This document shows, piece after piece, positions 9,506-21,900 of a stretch of 64,000 bases of DNA (within the stretch, counting starts at the first letter, position 1; each line of letters starts with the position of its first letter). The position numbers and the translations under genes were made by a program. Origin of the DNA: Fimbriosthenelais zetlandica (Eukaryota); NCBI GenBank assembly GCA_977030845.1, contig OZ365109.1, forward strand, positions 58,962,001 to 59,026,000. Reading direction: 5' to 3'. Under the pieces are notes generated by a model. It did not search any database, was not told where the DNA came from, and worked only from the letters and a program-made list of their open reading frames with translations.

Positions 9506-12500
9506 TTATTTTTGTCCTTTCATCCCTTGCCCCAACGTAGTCCTTCCCATAAACGTTTGTGTCCTGAAAAAAACAAGAAGAATATCTCCGATTAATATGA
9601 AATAAGTTAGTTAGTATTCATGTCAAACTAATCAAGAAGATACGAAAGGAAAAAATGTTTTATTCTTTTTCCTAATACCAGTGGTAAAGTAGTACTCAAG
9701 AGGGGAAAAAATTATCAAGAAGATACTTTGGACAATAAAATACCCACCTTGCAGAAGGTGCTCCTGGCCGTTTTTTGATTTGGTTCAATTGTGCCTGCTG
9801 CTTTCTGCAATACAGTAAATTATAGAATAAGAGAAGGAATCGATGAATAAATTTGGAATGTTCAAATTCAGTCATGGTATCTAGGTATTGTTTGAAAAAA
9901 ATGTGGCAAAGAAGATGAAGGTTTTACCATCATTTCTCCAAGAAAATATATCATAACTTTCTCCAGTCTTACCTTTTGTCTGATTTCCCCTTGAAAACTT
10001 TAGCTACATCTAATGTTTGAGATGAAATATCACTGCTTTCATCGCTGGCATCTGATGTCTTGACCTGCATATCTAAACGGACTGGGGCATACATGTTGAA
10101 CCATTGCTAGGAAAAAATATCAAATAATATAAATTTCTTGGAAAGTTTGAAAGATTTAAAGCATTAAATAGCGATATGAATACCAAATGAAAACTGAATA
10201 ATTAAAATAAAACATTGATGTACTAATATGTTCATCTGCTATCGGTATGTGGCTTATATAAGTAGAAGAATTATAGTTAGCATTATTTACCTTTGCTTGA
10301 GGGGGTAATCCTATGTCCGTAAAAGCATACTGCCAAAATGGTAGACCAAGATGCATAAGCATAAGGCGAAAATAACTAAGGAAATCATCTGCTAAATGAT
10401 GCCATTGAAGGGAGCGATCTAAGAACCAAATATCTGCCTTCTGGGCTGGTATCCCTGGAAAATTAACAAACGATGTCATGTCCATATTTGTCATTTACAG
10501 ATTGAAATGCTCTTCAATATCTGCATAATCTGGGAGGAAGATTTCAAATGAAAATCCCCTGTTCATTTTGAAACAAAGTGGACCTTTACATAGGGGTATT
10601 TTTCCCGACGTTGAGAAATTGTTGGCTTTTTAAAAGTTAGAGCAGAGAAAAGACAAATATACATGTATATGATTGGCATTAAAAATACTTTCGTCAAAAA
10701 CATAGGAAAATGGAATAACTATTATATGCATGTAGCCTAATTGTCTCTAACTAATCCAAATGGGACATGGAGAAAAATGTGGCATTGTGCCCCTCAAAAA
10801 AACCTTACAACAATCTACCACAAATGATAAAGTATACAATAGATGATTTACAAGAGTGTCAAAATTAAGCAAAATATGGTTGGGATCTGCTCGAGAAAAA
10901 ATCTAGGGTTGGTAATAAGGTGCGATAGGGTCAACTGTGGTCAAGGATAGGTCTAAACAGAGGACTGTCAAAACATGGGACTCTCTACTGCATGACACTG
11001 CTATGGAAGTAACGTAACATAATTATAAGCGATTTAAAGCTGTGGACATAAGAGTTTCAAAAGCCTTGGCGAGTGGCTGAAGTGCCACAAGTTGCGTCCA
11101 CTGGGCAGAGGGTTAGATCCAGGGTCAAAATGAAGGTAGCTGGGCACTCAAGCTGGGCACACAGCACAAAACTGATACCCTCTTACCATCAGCAAAACCA
11201 AATGTATCATCTGTGCATTCACCTTCATCTGGAAACCAAATGTTTAGAAATACCTCTGTGAACTTACAACTTTTATGAATTTTTAACAATCTTAAATATC
11301 AACCTCAATTGTCATTCTGAGTTAATGAGCATGGAGACAAAAATACCTGTTATGCATGCAAAATTGTTTCACTTAAAACATACAAAATTAGCAAGAAGTA
11401 CAAATCCATGCGGCAATTTCATTTAAACCAGAAATCCAATCCAGAAAGGTGAATTCGTATGATTATAGAAGATGTACAGGAGCTTAACAACGGATTTTAT
11501 CCTGGGCAGACAGGCATGAAACAGACATCCAAATTTTGCCCAGTTTTGAGGACATACTTTCACAGTACACACGTCTGATTGTAAAAAAATACCTGTTAAC
11601 TATGACTTGAAGGATTTACCTGTTGAATCTGAAACACAAATGGTACTAATGTGCCCAAAATGCGACATGAAAGTCTTAAATGCCAAATGGAAAATAAATT
11701 AATTTCTTAGCACATTATTCAATATAGCTATAATTTTCTTTGGGGCATAAGGTAAGAGAAATGTGGAAGTATCCAAATACCGGTACATGCAGACACGTAC
11801 GGGACATGTAACTGCCCATATTTCATTTTTCCCCATTTTTAATGCCTTATTTCTAATAGATTACAACATGTTATATGTATAGTAAAAACGTCCCCTAATG
11901 TTGAGAAATATGTTTATTAAATGAATAAAATAAATACTAGTATGCTTCATGGTGAAGGGCAATGACCTGCTGGATATTCCTGAGGAATAAAAAAAAGTAA
12001 TACATTCAAATAACCTAACAAAAGATAATACTAACCAGGTTTTGTGTTATTGTAGACTAAACAGACTTTTCCATAGCCATCACAGGGATCTAGTTCAAAG
12101 ATACGACTCCGGTGATCAAATCTGGGCCGACATATTTCTGATGAAAGAACGGGGATTTATAAAGCAAGTTCATTTCTTGACTAATAATATATTATACTTT
12201 ATCAATTTTCCAGGATAGGCTAGTTATAAAATATACTTTTTCACCTCGAAAGACGTACAAAAGGTTTCGTAACCACCCATAGAAAAGTGTGAAGAAAAAT
12301 TATTGCATTCTACTATTTCAATTTGTAAGATGCAGTTCCACTGACCCTTGCCATCTGATGAAATTTCATTTTCACCACTGATATCTGAGAGGGATGGCAT
12401 CTTTTTATCTGCCCCCGTGGCAACACTCACGCCACCAATACGGACAAGATGATCAATCGTGTTGATTTCCATCCGGCCCACAGCAATCCTTGTTTCTGCA

Positions 12501-14011
12501 ATATTATTTGTACAACAATACATGTAGATGAGATTTTTTTTGTATTTTACAGTTCTTGAAATACATGTAGTTAGTATCACTATGGAGCAAAGGCGATAAA
12601 TCAAAATTCCACCATTGAAGTAAGCTTACTATCTAGATCAGGAAGTTTCATAGGAACAATAAAATCATTATATAAATTACATCAATGAAATTAAATAAAA
12701 CAAACAATTGAAGGCTGTCGAACCAGTAACTGAATGCATTTACACAAACTAACATGTCTACCTTCAGAGATAAGTTCACTACCAGGAGATAGCCAAACAC
12801 GGCGAAACTCCATGGATGAAGGGGAATTCCTAATCTCTGATGCCATAGAAAATATTAAAATATTTAAAGCTTGGTTTTTAGTCTGGTACTTATGATAAAT
12901 TCAGATAATTCAGAATATATTATTGTAACGTTAATTTTACCGACATCTCGAACAACTAATTCGCACTATCATACGCTAGCGTACCTACCATTCATCTTAG
13001 CGTTCCACTTGAATCTAAAGCCATTCGATGTGAGATAGAAATCTTTGACGTCATCTGGCATCAGACATGAATACTTCTGTAACAGGAATTATTATTTTAA
13101 ATTTAAATTACTCCATTTTGCATACGAGAGATACGGTACAGTCTCCATGCTCTGTTCTAGAACTTTAATAGAAGGCCGTAGGCATATAGGCCCTACTATT
13201 ATAGTAGCCTCGGGTAGGGCTAGGCTATGCTTGTATTAAATTTATTTTCAGTGATTACGGTACCTGTTCCCATGAAGTAAGTACATGTTTCTCCACTGGC
13301 TGTTTTTCTTCTAATTTCACATCACAGACACCTTCTCTTTTTTCTGAAACAGGAGGATATTCATCACAGCCATAGGCATAGGGAAAACTTCGAAAAAAAT
13401 ATGCATACATGGCACATGCTGTACATCCGTCGACATAATATTATCAGATAAAGAGACAAAGATGAATATTTATTGTTCGTGTCAGAAGCAGATAGAATGT
13501 AAGAACGATCAAAGAGAAACAGCTGCAAACTATAGGCCTACTTACGCCTCTGTCTGACAAAAATACAACCCTGTGACTGTAATTATACTTTATATTTATT
13601 TATAGTCTAGTAGTTCTATCTAATTTAGAAATTAATTAGGCCTTTAAATTATTAGGCTTTTACAATATAATTATTAATAATATACCGGTAGACCTAGTCA
13701 AATAAAATCTTGAATCTCTATAGTATAAGACTGGGCTGAGTCTGAATGAGTCACTATGTCTGATCATAGTTCTCTATTATGATCTGATATTGTCTCACTG
13801 AGCTTGAGTCTGAGGAAGTGAGGCCGAGCCCGAGGGCCCGGAGGGGCACTGCCACTGCACTGCCACTGGCCCTGCCGGGAATCTTGATGAGGGGTGAGCG
13901 ATATTAGGGAAAATACAAGAAACTATATTAAAATTCTCGCGTACCTAAACTTTTTACCACTCCTAGAGTTAGTCTGGTGAAGAGGCTACTTTCTTCCGGA
14001 ACCTTGGACAT
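9506..14011 (-). CDS. TPGS2: Tubulin polyglutamylase complex subunit 2, 9 core exons, 299 aa
   Basis: Exons 14011-13945, 13343-13264, 13076-12989, 12495-12346, 12137-12036, 10454-10291, 10106-9973, 9804-9748 and 9563-9506 total 900 nt with consistent phases. Motifs LTLGVVKSLE, TSWEQ, MPDDVKDFYLTSNGF, FDHRSRIFELDPCDGYGKVCLVY, IWFLDRSLQWH..DDFLSYFRLMLMHLGLPFWQYAFT and QAKQWFNMY match TPGS2. Confidence 0.95.
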
Positions 14012-14537
14012 ATTTAAGGCAAATTCGTTGATATATTCAGAGAAAATGTACTGCAGTATGCCCAAGCATCGGGGTCGCTCGGTGACCAGCCAAAACAAAC
14101 TTCAACCATTTCTACCTCTATATTGAAGAGTTACACTTCCTATGTTGACCAAGTTTTTATCGTTTTATTCTCAAAGAAAGTCAGTTCACTGTCCTTTTGC
14201 TACCTCATCGAGCTTGCTACATTTAAAAAATGGTAAACATGTACATAACATGGCCAAATTAAACGAATATCAATGACTATCAAGGTGACACCGTTTCAAA
14301 TTTCCCGCTGAATCCTCCCATCAAGCTAAGTAGGTCACTGCCTTCGAACATATACACCCGATATCTTGCACCGCAATGTAATATAGTTCCGTAACATAAT
14401 CAGAATTTATAAGATGTATTCGTCTTTATCATTAATATTATTAATTGAGATACATTTTCCCTATAGTTTTTTTTTAAATTGGCCTCTGATATAATGAATT
14501 CAATGCAAAATGTATTCTGTTTACTTGAATCAGCGCA

Positions 14538-16053
14538 TTAATTCATAGGACTCGATTGAGGGGTTGAAGAGGGACTGCTTTTAATATGGTGATCAGTCTT
14601 GTGGATGTTTGGAGCTTCTGCAAAAACGAGAAAGGAACAACATATACCCAATAAGAAGAAATAAACATTCGGGAGGTAGCTTATTAAGGCGGTAAGTAAC
14701 ATGACTATTTTTCTGTACATCAGCCATTTTTGGTATTCTTTTGATTGTGACGCATTTGATAAATATTTCGAGTTGCAACTGGCATACTTACTAGGCAGAC
14801 CATGGTTGGATTTGGAGGCTGCAATGTCTGTCGACCTCCTCACGTTAGAGTTTAAATTGAATTCCAATCTACGTAACATATGCCATTTAATGACTGTTAT
14901 TCATAAGTAGATCTATGGGGTACTCTCAGATTATATGTAATATTTTAATGTTGGTAAATACACGTGGTTGCCCCGAAGTCAAATGATTTTTGCCATAGAT
15001 CACCTTGTCATGATGCCCCGTCATGGTCTTGTGACTGTCTACAAGTACAACTACAAGTAGATTCTACAACTCAACTGTTTAGGGTCTACTGGCACTGACT
15101 GAAAGGCACTGAATCGGTGAGAACATAATCAGTGGCGGTGAATAATTATATGGCTTCAGTTAATCTGACAGCAACATATTCAAACCTCGTCATACATTTG
15201 ATCATTATAATCATAATATACCGGTAATGTAAACCGTGTAAAATTTTACATTTTGCCATATAAACCAGACCATGTCAATTTGTACAACTGTTTATCATGT
15301 GGAATGAATAACTCTGCTGCCAGCTGTAGTTAACACTGGTTGGGGAGCTGAGCTTTAAAGTACCTGGTACTGTCCTTTGAACTCTTTGTATCTCCTTGTT
15401 TTTGGTCATCTTCCAATGCTTTGGCAATGGAATGCTAGGTAGTATAATGATATTAATGCCATCATGTTCCAAACGCTTCCATGATATAGCCCATATAAAT
15501 ATAATAGGCTATATAGGCCTATACTATAGTAGGTCTCTTAGACTTAGCTATTATGGCATAAGTGCACAATACACAAATATTGGGCATCCGCCCCTTTTTA
15601 TGCACCGATTCATGGCGATGGAATGAGAGTTAAGTAAGTTACACTAACTAAGGTCTAAGGAGCTGCTGATTTGAATGGATGACACTGGCCATTTTCAAGT
15701 TTGAGTCTGACTACATTTAGGGGCTTATGATTTAGGATACTGCTTATTCCTTTTTCATGCATTGATTAAATTCTTCTTGCAAATAGAGCTAGGCCACAAA
15801 ATTTGTAGCTCTCCCCAATACCGGTACCAAATTATTTTGGGCAAGTAACTTGGCTAATTTTGCAGTCTGGCATTATCGTTAAAATGTTCACTTAGGTCAA
15901 AGCGCAGGAAATGATCATCTATAGGCCTACACCAAATGTGCAATTATAGAGGGGTATCCCCCGGCACATACCCTGGCCTGGAACGTGCTACACTCCAGGG
16001 GGTTCCCCAATACACAAATTCTGTACACAAGGATCAATGAGAGCTTTGTTGAC
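14538..16053 (-). CDS. Candidate 3' exons of an unidentified gene
   Basis: Phase-compatible exons 16053 (or 16020)-15972, 15434-15364, 14868-14792 and 14617-14538 read ...ICVLGNPLECSTFQAR-HSIAKALEDDQKQGDTKSSKDST-R-LEFNLNSNVRRSTDIAASKSNHGLP-K-APNIHKTDHHIKSSPSSTPQSSPMN*. There is a strong last acceptor (ttgttcctttctcgtttttgcag), donors GTAAGT, GTACTT and GTATGT, and AATAAA at 14169-14164. No recognisable homology. Confidence 0.5.
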
Positions 16054-18880
16054 CTAAGCCAGGCCTACTACCACTAGTGCACTACCAACTGAAAATGACC
16101 ACGAATGATCAGTTATACACTCATGGAGCCTTACACATTAAATTAATTACCGACCGGTACTAAAGTTTCAATCCCTGTACATTTTTAAGACATCACTGAT
16201 AAAATCCAATCGGACTGTATGCATTTCTAAGTTTATCCCCGGCCTACATTACAGGTTTCTAACTGATGCTGGGTTATGATGAATTAGTAGTGTGCAGCCT
16301 TTTGTGCCTTGAATGCATGATGCCACCCTTATGTACTCTAACATGCCTGACTGACAACTTGTCAACCCAGGTAGAAAATACTCTCATGTTATTTATGTGT
16401 AGGAATACATTTATGACACACATGAGAACATGCACATGTCGGAAAAGCGCTTTCATCACTTTATGAAGTAATTGTTCCCTGACATGTACTTCAGCATTTG
16501 GGGGCATTTACTCATGAGAATAACATGCTTTAATTTTCAAGTGTGATTGTGTCCATTTTACCATCCACTGGATTTATGGTTCATGTACATGCTTTTGAAA
16601 CCAGGGATCGTGCAATCAATTATCGTTGATATAAACTTGACATTTTTGAATGCGATTTTATCCTTCTTTAATATTAACATTGAACTAAATGTATGCCAAA
16701 TAATTATATGTGTGCATTTGTTGAATTACCCGACTCGTATCCCAGGTAATGGCCATCCACATTTTAGGAATGGATCTTTTTATGCCTAGACTTGGCTAGA
16801 GTATGTTTACTTCGATCTCCTGCTCCCTCGTCTAGAGAGGCTTTTCAAAACCCCAGATTGAAAAACGCAGTAAATCACACATAGTTCTATAGGTTTGAGG
16901 TTTAGAGAAATGCCTTCCTTTTATCTGAAGGAAAGAAAAGACGGGATCGGTTTCCCTAACACCCCACCTTGGAGGCATAGAGGAATTTCAAAGGGCTGTC
17001 GGTTTAACAATCCAGATGTGGGAGTTAAAGGGGGTCAGTATTTGAGGTGTGAGCCCCATTCTACCTTAGGGCTACCATGGATGATTCTTGAATTTTCCCT
17101 CCTCCACTCTCCCTGTGTGGCCTTTAGCTTTACACCGTTCCATACAAATACAAAAATTGATAGGTAGATAGTGAAGAAAAAGGGTAATGTTAAATAGTTT
17201 AATGGCATCCCTAGAGTCATTTTTTTTAATTCGCCCCTATTTCCTACTCATTGTTCATGAAAGTACTTCAAATCAGCAGATACTTAACTAATGTTGAGGA
17301 CTTTTGCATCCTAGGGACTAACTTGTCGAAAACGTCAGAAAAATGCATTTAAAGGCTTTTTTAAACGGTGGAAGAATAATCAGGACAAAAATTAATAATT
17401 GCTCCCTGCGGTTTGTGTTGTTTAACTGAATTAACTCCGGAATGGGCATCACAGCAAAGAGCATTTTCTCAAATTAAAATCCATTAACTTTTGAAATTTG
17501 AGAAAAGGAAGCCTTTAGTTTAAAGGAGTTTTTTGCACTAATATTGCTGCAAAATGTCGACGAAAGCTTTTGCTGAATAATGGACAGAGTTGACCCCCTA
17601 CTCATGAAATCTATGTACACCCTCGCACTTATTGACTTAGTGCAAGGTTTATCAATGATTATAGACTTAAACGCGTTTGTAAAGGCTTGATATGATATCT
17701 GTCTGTACTTGAATAGTATATTATACTGGTGCTTATTTGTCGGGATTAGGAAGGCTTATATGTAACAATACTGTGTGAAATATGTTCCTAACCAAAGGTA
17801 AATGCTGCATGGCTTAATCAACTGTTTAGAATCTTTTTGGAATTCCTGGGCGTATCTCTGTTTTCTAGATTCATTACTGTCATAGTCAATAATGTGTCGA
17901 AGTCGTCGGAGTGGGAAGTGTCTAGTGTGATTAGACTATTGATTTTATTTTTGGTTTAAGTTCCAACAAAATAAAAGAAACAAAGAATCTATGTGCCCAA
18001 GTCTAATTTTAGGATCATCATCATCAAAACACTACATGCAACTTTTTAGGCGCTGTTCGAACTTTTGGCTTCTGGTTCTCTGGAAATTCTTTATCATTCA
18101 TTTCCAATCTTTGAGTATTAGTAAGGATATATGGTTTAGTAAATCATAAGTCAACCAGTGCATTTGAATTCTATAGTTCTCCGTACAATAGTCTGAGCTT
18201 TAAATTCTCCCAACACCGGACCTTCCCGGTATAAAACAATGATGTTTTCCTCGTGGAATACTTCAAATAAAAATCTCTAGAAATCATCAGAATATATGTG
18301 CTCTGCCTAAAGGTGCAATTGTGTCTACCTCTAGTAAGGGAAAGGTTAAAGGTCGAGTTGGCTTCGTCTGACCATTCGTTCTCCTTAGTTTGTAGTGTGT
18401 TAAAGTCATTACCAACCAGTGTTAAACCAGGGACACTGGTGTCTGATGAGGTCTCATGTGACAATGGTGGAGGCCAGACAGGTAATAAATGATCACTCAT
18501 ACCTGTGTTTTTATATCTCTCACCCAGACCTGTATACTATACTATACTGGTAGCCACTGCACAATACTGAAACTATCTCTAAGGTACATAGACCTTAGAG
18601 GTGAGTGTGTACTATACCGGTGCGATCTGTGGCTGTGACATTTGGTGGAATCAAGGGAGGAAATCATACATGGGAGTGCTTGACAGATGGTCTCTGATTT
18701 TTGCTTTGATTCTGTCATGTGACATGAGTTCGTGCGACTGACACCTGTGCTTACTTTAGATGAATATTTGTATTACTACCTGCAACTACCGTACAGTCCT
18801 TTAAAAAATTAAAGTAGGCATATAATTATGTCACAGTGATACACTATGATTAACATAATGCATTGAACCATCTTTTTTGG

Positions 18881-18912
<32 letters not shown>
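18881..18912. repeat. (TGTC)8 microsatellite
   Basis: Direct reading of the sequence. Confidence 0.95.
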
Positions 18913-18917
<5 letters not shown>

Positions 18918-21900
18918 TCCATCCCTCATCTTCGTTGATGTTCTGTTCAGATCATGTATCAATTGATCACTAGCTGAATAGGCTATGTATTTGTTTCTAT
19001 ATTTAATCTCAGCTATGGGAGGCTAGGATTGAATGTACTGGTCACCATTCACCCCAAGCCTGAGGGTATTTGTAATACAAAAGTCCTGCCTCGGTCACCC
19101 CTAATTTCAGATCCCCATCTTGACCACCCATATATCATCAATCACTATTGCTTGTCCAGACCATTGAAAAATAAAATAGAAAGGTGGTCTAGTATATCCC
19201 AGGTCAGGTGTCACCACGCCCACTTTTGTCATCTTTTCAGTTTGTTTTCAAGGTTCACCCCAGGCTAGAGAGTCCCACTACCTGTACCCGGACAAATCAG
19301 AGGGGGCATGACCACCATTGGGCTTTTGTATGGGAAACCTACATTGATTGTATTGCTTGATATTTGCGGGTCACTGAGGGATCAAGAGGTTTGTCACATC
19401 TCCATGGTCACGCTAACGATCGGACCCCGGAATTTGACCCTCACTTGTTCCCCTTTGCTGGTAGATTTAATAGCCCATAGATATTGAGCCTCACAGGGCT
19501 TCAACTCAGACATGTATTTGATTCACATACTAACCTTAAGTTAAGAATAGTCAGAAAAGAGTGGTTTAGGATGAGTCAGATCAATAGAGTTTCACAAGTG
19601 AACCGTATCCCAAACTTATAGAAGAATTGAGAAAGTAACCCATTTAAAATGAAATGTTCATCTACTGACTCTCCCTAGAGCCTAGGTCGTGATGAAATAT
19701 TTAAGTATGGCCAGGCCCTGTAGCCAGCATATATCCAATTATACCCCATCAAGGTCAATTTGAGTGTTCATTTGATGTGATAACTTGGATGCTGACATGA
19801 TTTTGAACAGGAACATGAGCAGTGTGGCCCTGTCTGCCCTCCAGAGTGGCAAGTCTACGTGATAGCCAGTCACATTATACTCACATATCATGTCTAGTAG
19901 TCATTCATCTATTAGATGCTTCACTATGGTGTCGACAGGCTCACACCAATGAAATACAATACATAAACTTGGCTGTATTAGTACATGTACATGTATGTAT
20001 TCTGATTATTTTTTCTCCTCAACAATAGATCTTGCTATGCATTTGCAGAGGCTTTTTTGCAATCGGAATTAATTCGCAATTAATCGCAATCAATCGGAAT
20101 TTGTTCACGAATCGATATATACATTCCCAATGAATGTTATTGTACATGCACAAGGTCTTCTTGTTATGCAATGTCCCCATCCACTCTTTTCAACCCACAC
20201 GTACCATGAAGTGTGTACAATAACCCGGCCTACCTATGGTCTATAGAAATACCTCACCCTAAAACAGACATAATGAAAGGCCTGAACAGTGAACTCTGTG
20301 TGATGCTTTAATTATCTTCATTGGGGTTGGCCTCTGTTTGAATACAATTACATAAGTGAGAAGGCGTGGCTTAGTGTGAAACAGATGTTGGTTCAATGCC
20401 ACTATCATGGTCCCTAGGCCAAGGGTGTACCTCAAACAGAGTGTTATCAGGTACTGTACCGTACATGTATTAGTAACCAATTCATATAATCTATCATACA
20501 GATATGTATACATATCAGAAATGATAATATCTGTAATCATTAGATCTATACTTTTAAATAATATGTAGCAACAAAATTGTTGCTTAAGCTTTGTCATTTG
20601 TTATAAATACCAGAGCTAGTTATCAGCTGGAATTTAGAAAATGGAAATATTAAATTTGGGGAGTGTCCAGAGAAGCTTTCCCTCGGTCTAGCTCATGCTG
20701 TATATATTTCCTTGAAATAGGATAATCAGGTGTGACGTTAAGTAAACAAACCAGCTGCTGCACTACTATCGTTGCCCTTCCATTTGTTCATCTATTTATT
20801 GCCCATGTTTATCTTATCCACCCCTTGTTGGGGTGGCTTACAAGATGCAGCTTTAAATGAGACTGGATGCATTCACACTCATTGTCATTGCCAGAGTCAT
20901 TGCTGGTTCTTTTGCACTGAGTGAAGACAGTCCCGGATGCTGGTGATGGTGGGTTACCCTGTCCACATCTCACACCAACACACAGTTTATGTCCAGCTGT
21001 TGAGGCGCGTGCTGGAGTATCAACTCTAGCATTTGTTGTACATTGTATGCTCCCTGCTTGAAACGAGATACACGCCAACTGCCCACCGCCATACAGTAGT
21101 CCAGCTCAGATGAAAACATCAATGTGTATTGGCTCTAACCCAGGATGTTGAAGTCCTACCACTAGGGTTGGATGCTAACGTGGCTGACGCTTTCACGTCC
21201 CAGAACTGTGGACTGTTGCCTGGTATTGAGAGGTGTTAGATATTGGCTGTATACTGAGTGAGCTGTCGTTCGAGGATCATTCCATTGGATTTACATGTAG
21301 GGCTTGATGAGGTGTTGAATGGCTTCAGCTACGTGATACAATGACAGTGTCAGACTAGTGCATCTAATGCTTATATTATATGGTAAGTGTCAGCTATAAT
21401 CTTATGCATATCCTAGTTGGAGGGAAAATATTTTCTTCAATACCGTCATTTACAAATTCGGTATTTGTTCAGACAACCCTTCTGAGGATTTTCTGATTTC
21501 TAAGCATTCTGTCGCTTAAATCAGCAAAATAATTCGGAGTCTTCCCCAAAAATTAGGGAACGTAGTTGCTCCTTGTAAACAGGGATTTCCTGAAATCTGA
21601 AGGCACTCAAAAACATTACATTTCCTTTTTTATAGGTGGAGTAATATATATTACAAAGTTAAATACAGGGAACATGTACACGCCCCACTTATGGAGGGGA
21701 GAGGGTGTAGTCCACATGTCAAGGGGTCATTACTAGCCTGCCTGACCTCCCTGCAAAACTCCTGTTCTATACAGTGTTCAGCATAAACATACCCGGGCCT
21801 GTGCCAGTTTTATTCATCACTGGCTTCCCATACTGATCGCATGTGATTTTAATGATCTGAACCCAGTATATATAAACGGCAGAGAGTATCAATGTATACA

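Noticed and set aside
10495-10625. 43-codon open frame in TPGS2 intron 5 in the coding phase
   Set aside because: It ends in a stop, its donor is phase-incompatible with exon 6, and this length is compatible with chance.
10809-10814. 6-nt microexon pattern gtggtag|ATTGTT|GTAAGG in TPGS2
   Set aside because: It is in frame but has a weak exon end and would place Cys-Trp in a loop. It shows the chance rate for such patterns, so it should be checked only alongside the stronger candidates.
12630-12632. 3-nt microexon pattern ctag|ATA|GTAAGC in TPGS2
   Set aside because: Indistinguishable from chance without reads.
13546-13576. Small exon pattern in TPGS2 intron 1 with a GTAAGT donor
   Set aside because: All acceptor options give 2, 4, 8, 25 or 31 nt, which shift the frame. 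There is no evidence for a poison exon.
16020-16562. TG|A junction creating an in-frame UGA (selenocysteine idea)
   Set aside because: An alternative acceptor at 16053 gives TGG in frame, no SECIS was identified, and the exon chain itself is tentative.
18121-18130. U12-type donor ATATCCTT on the - strand (also GTATCCTT at 46437 and 51962)
   Set aside because: None lies at a coding exon boundary, and these 8-mers are expected by chance.
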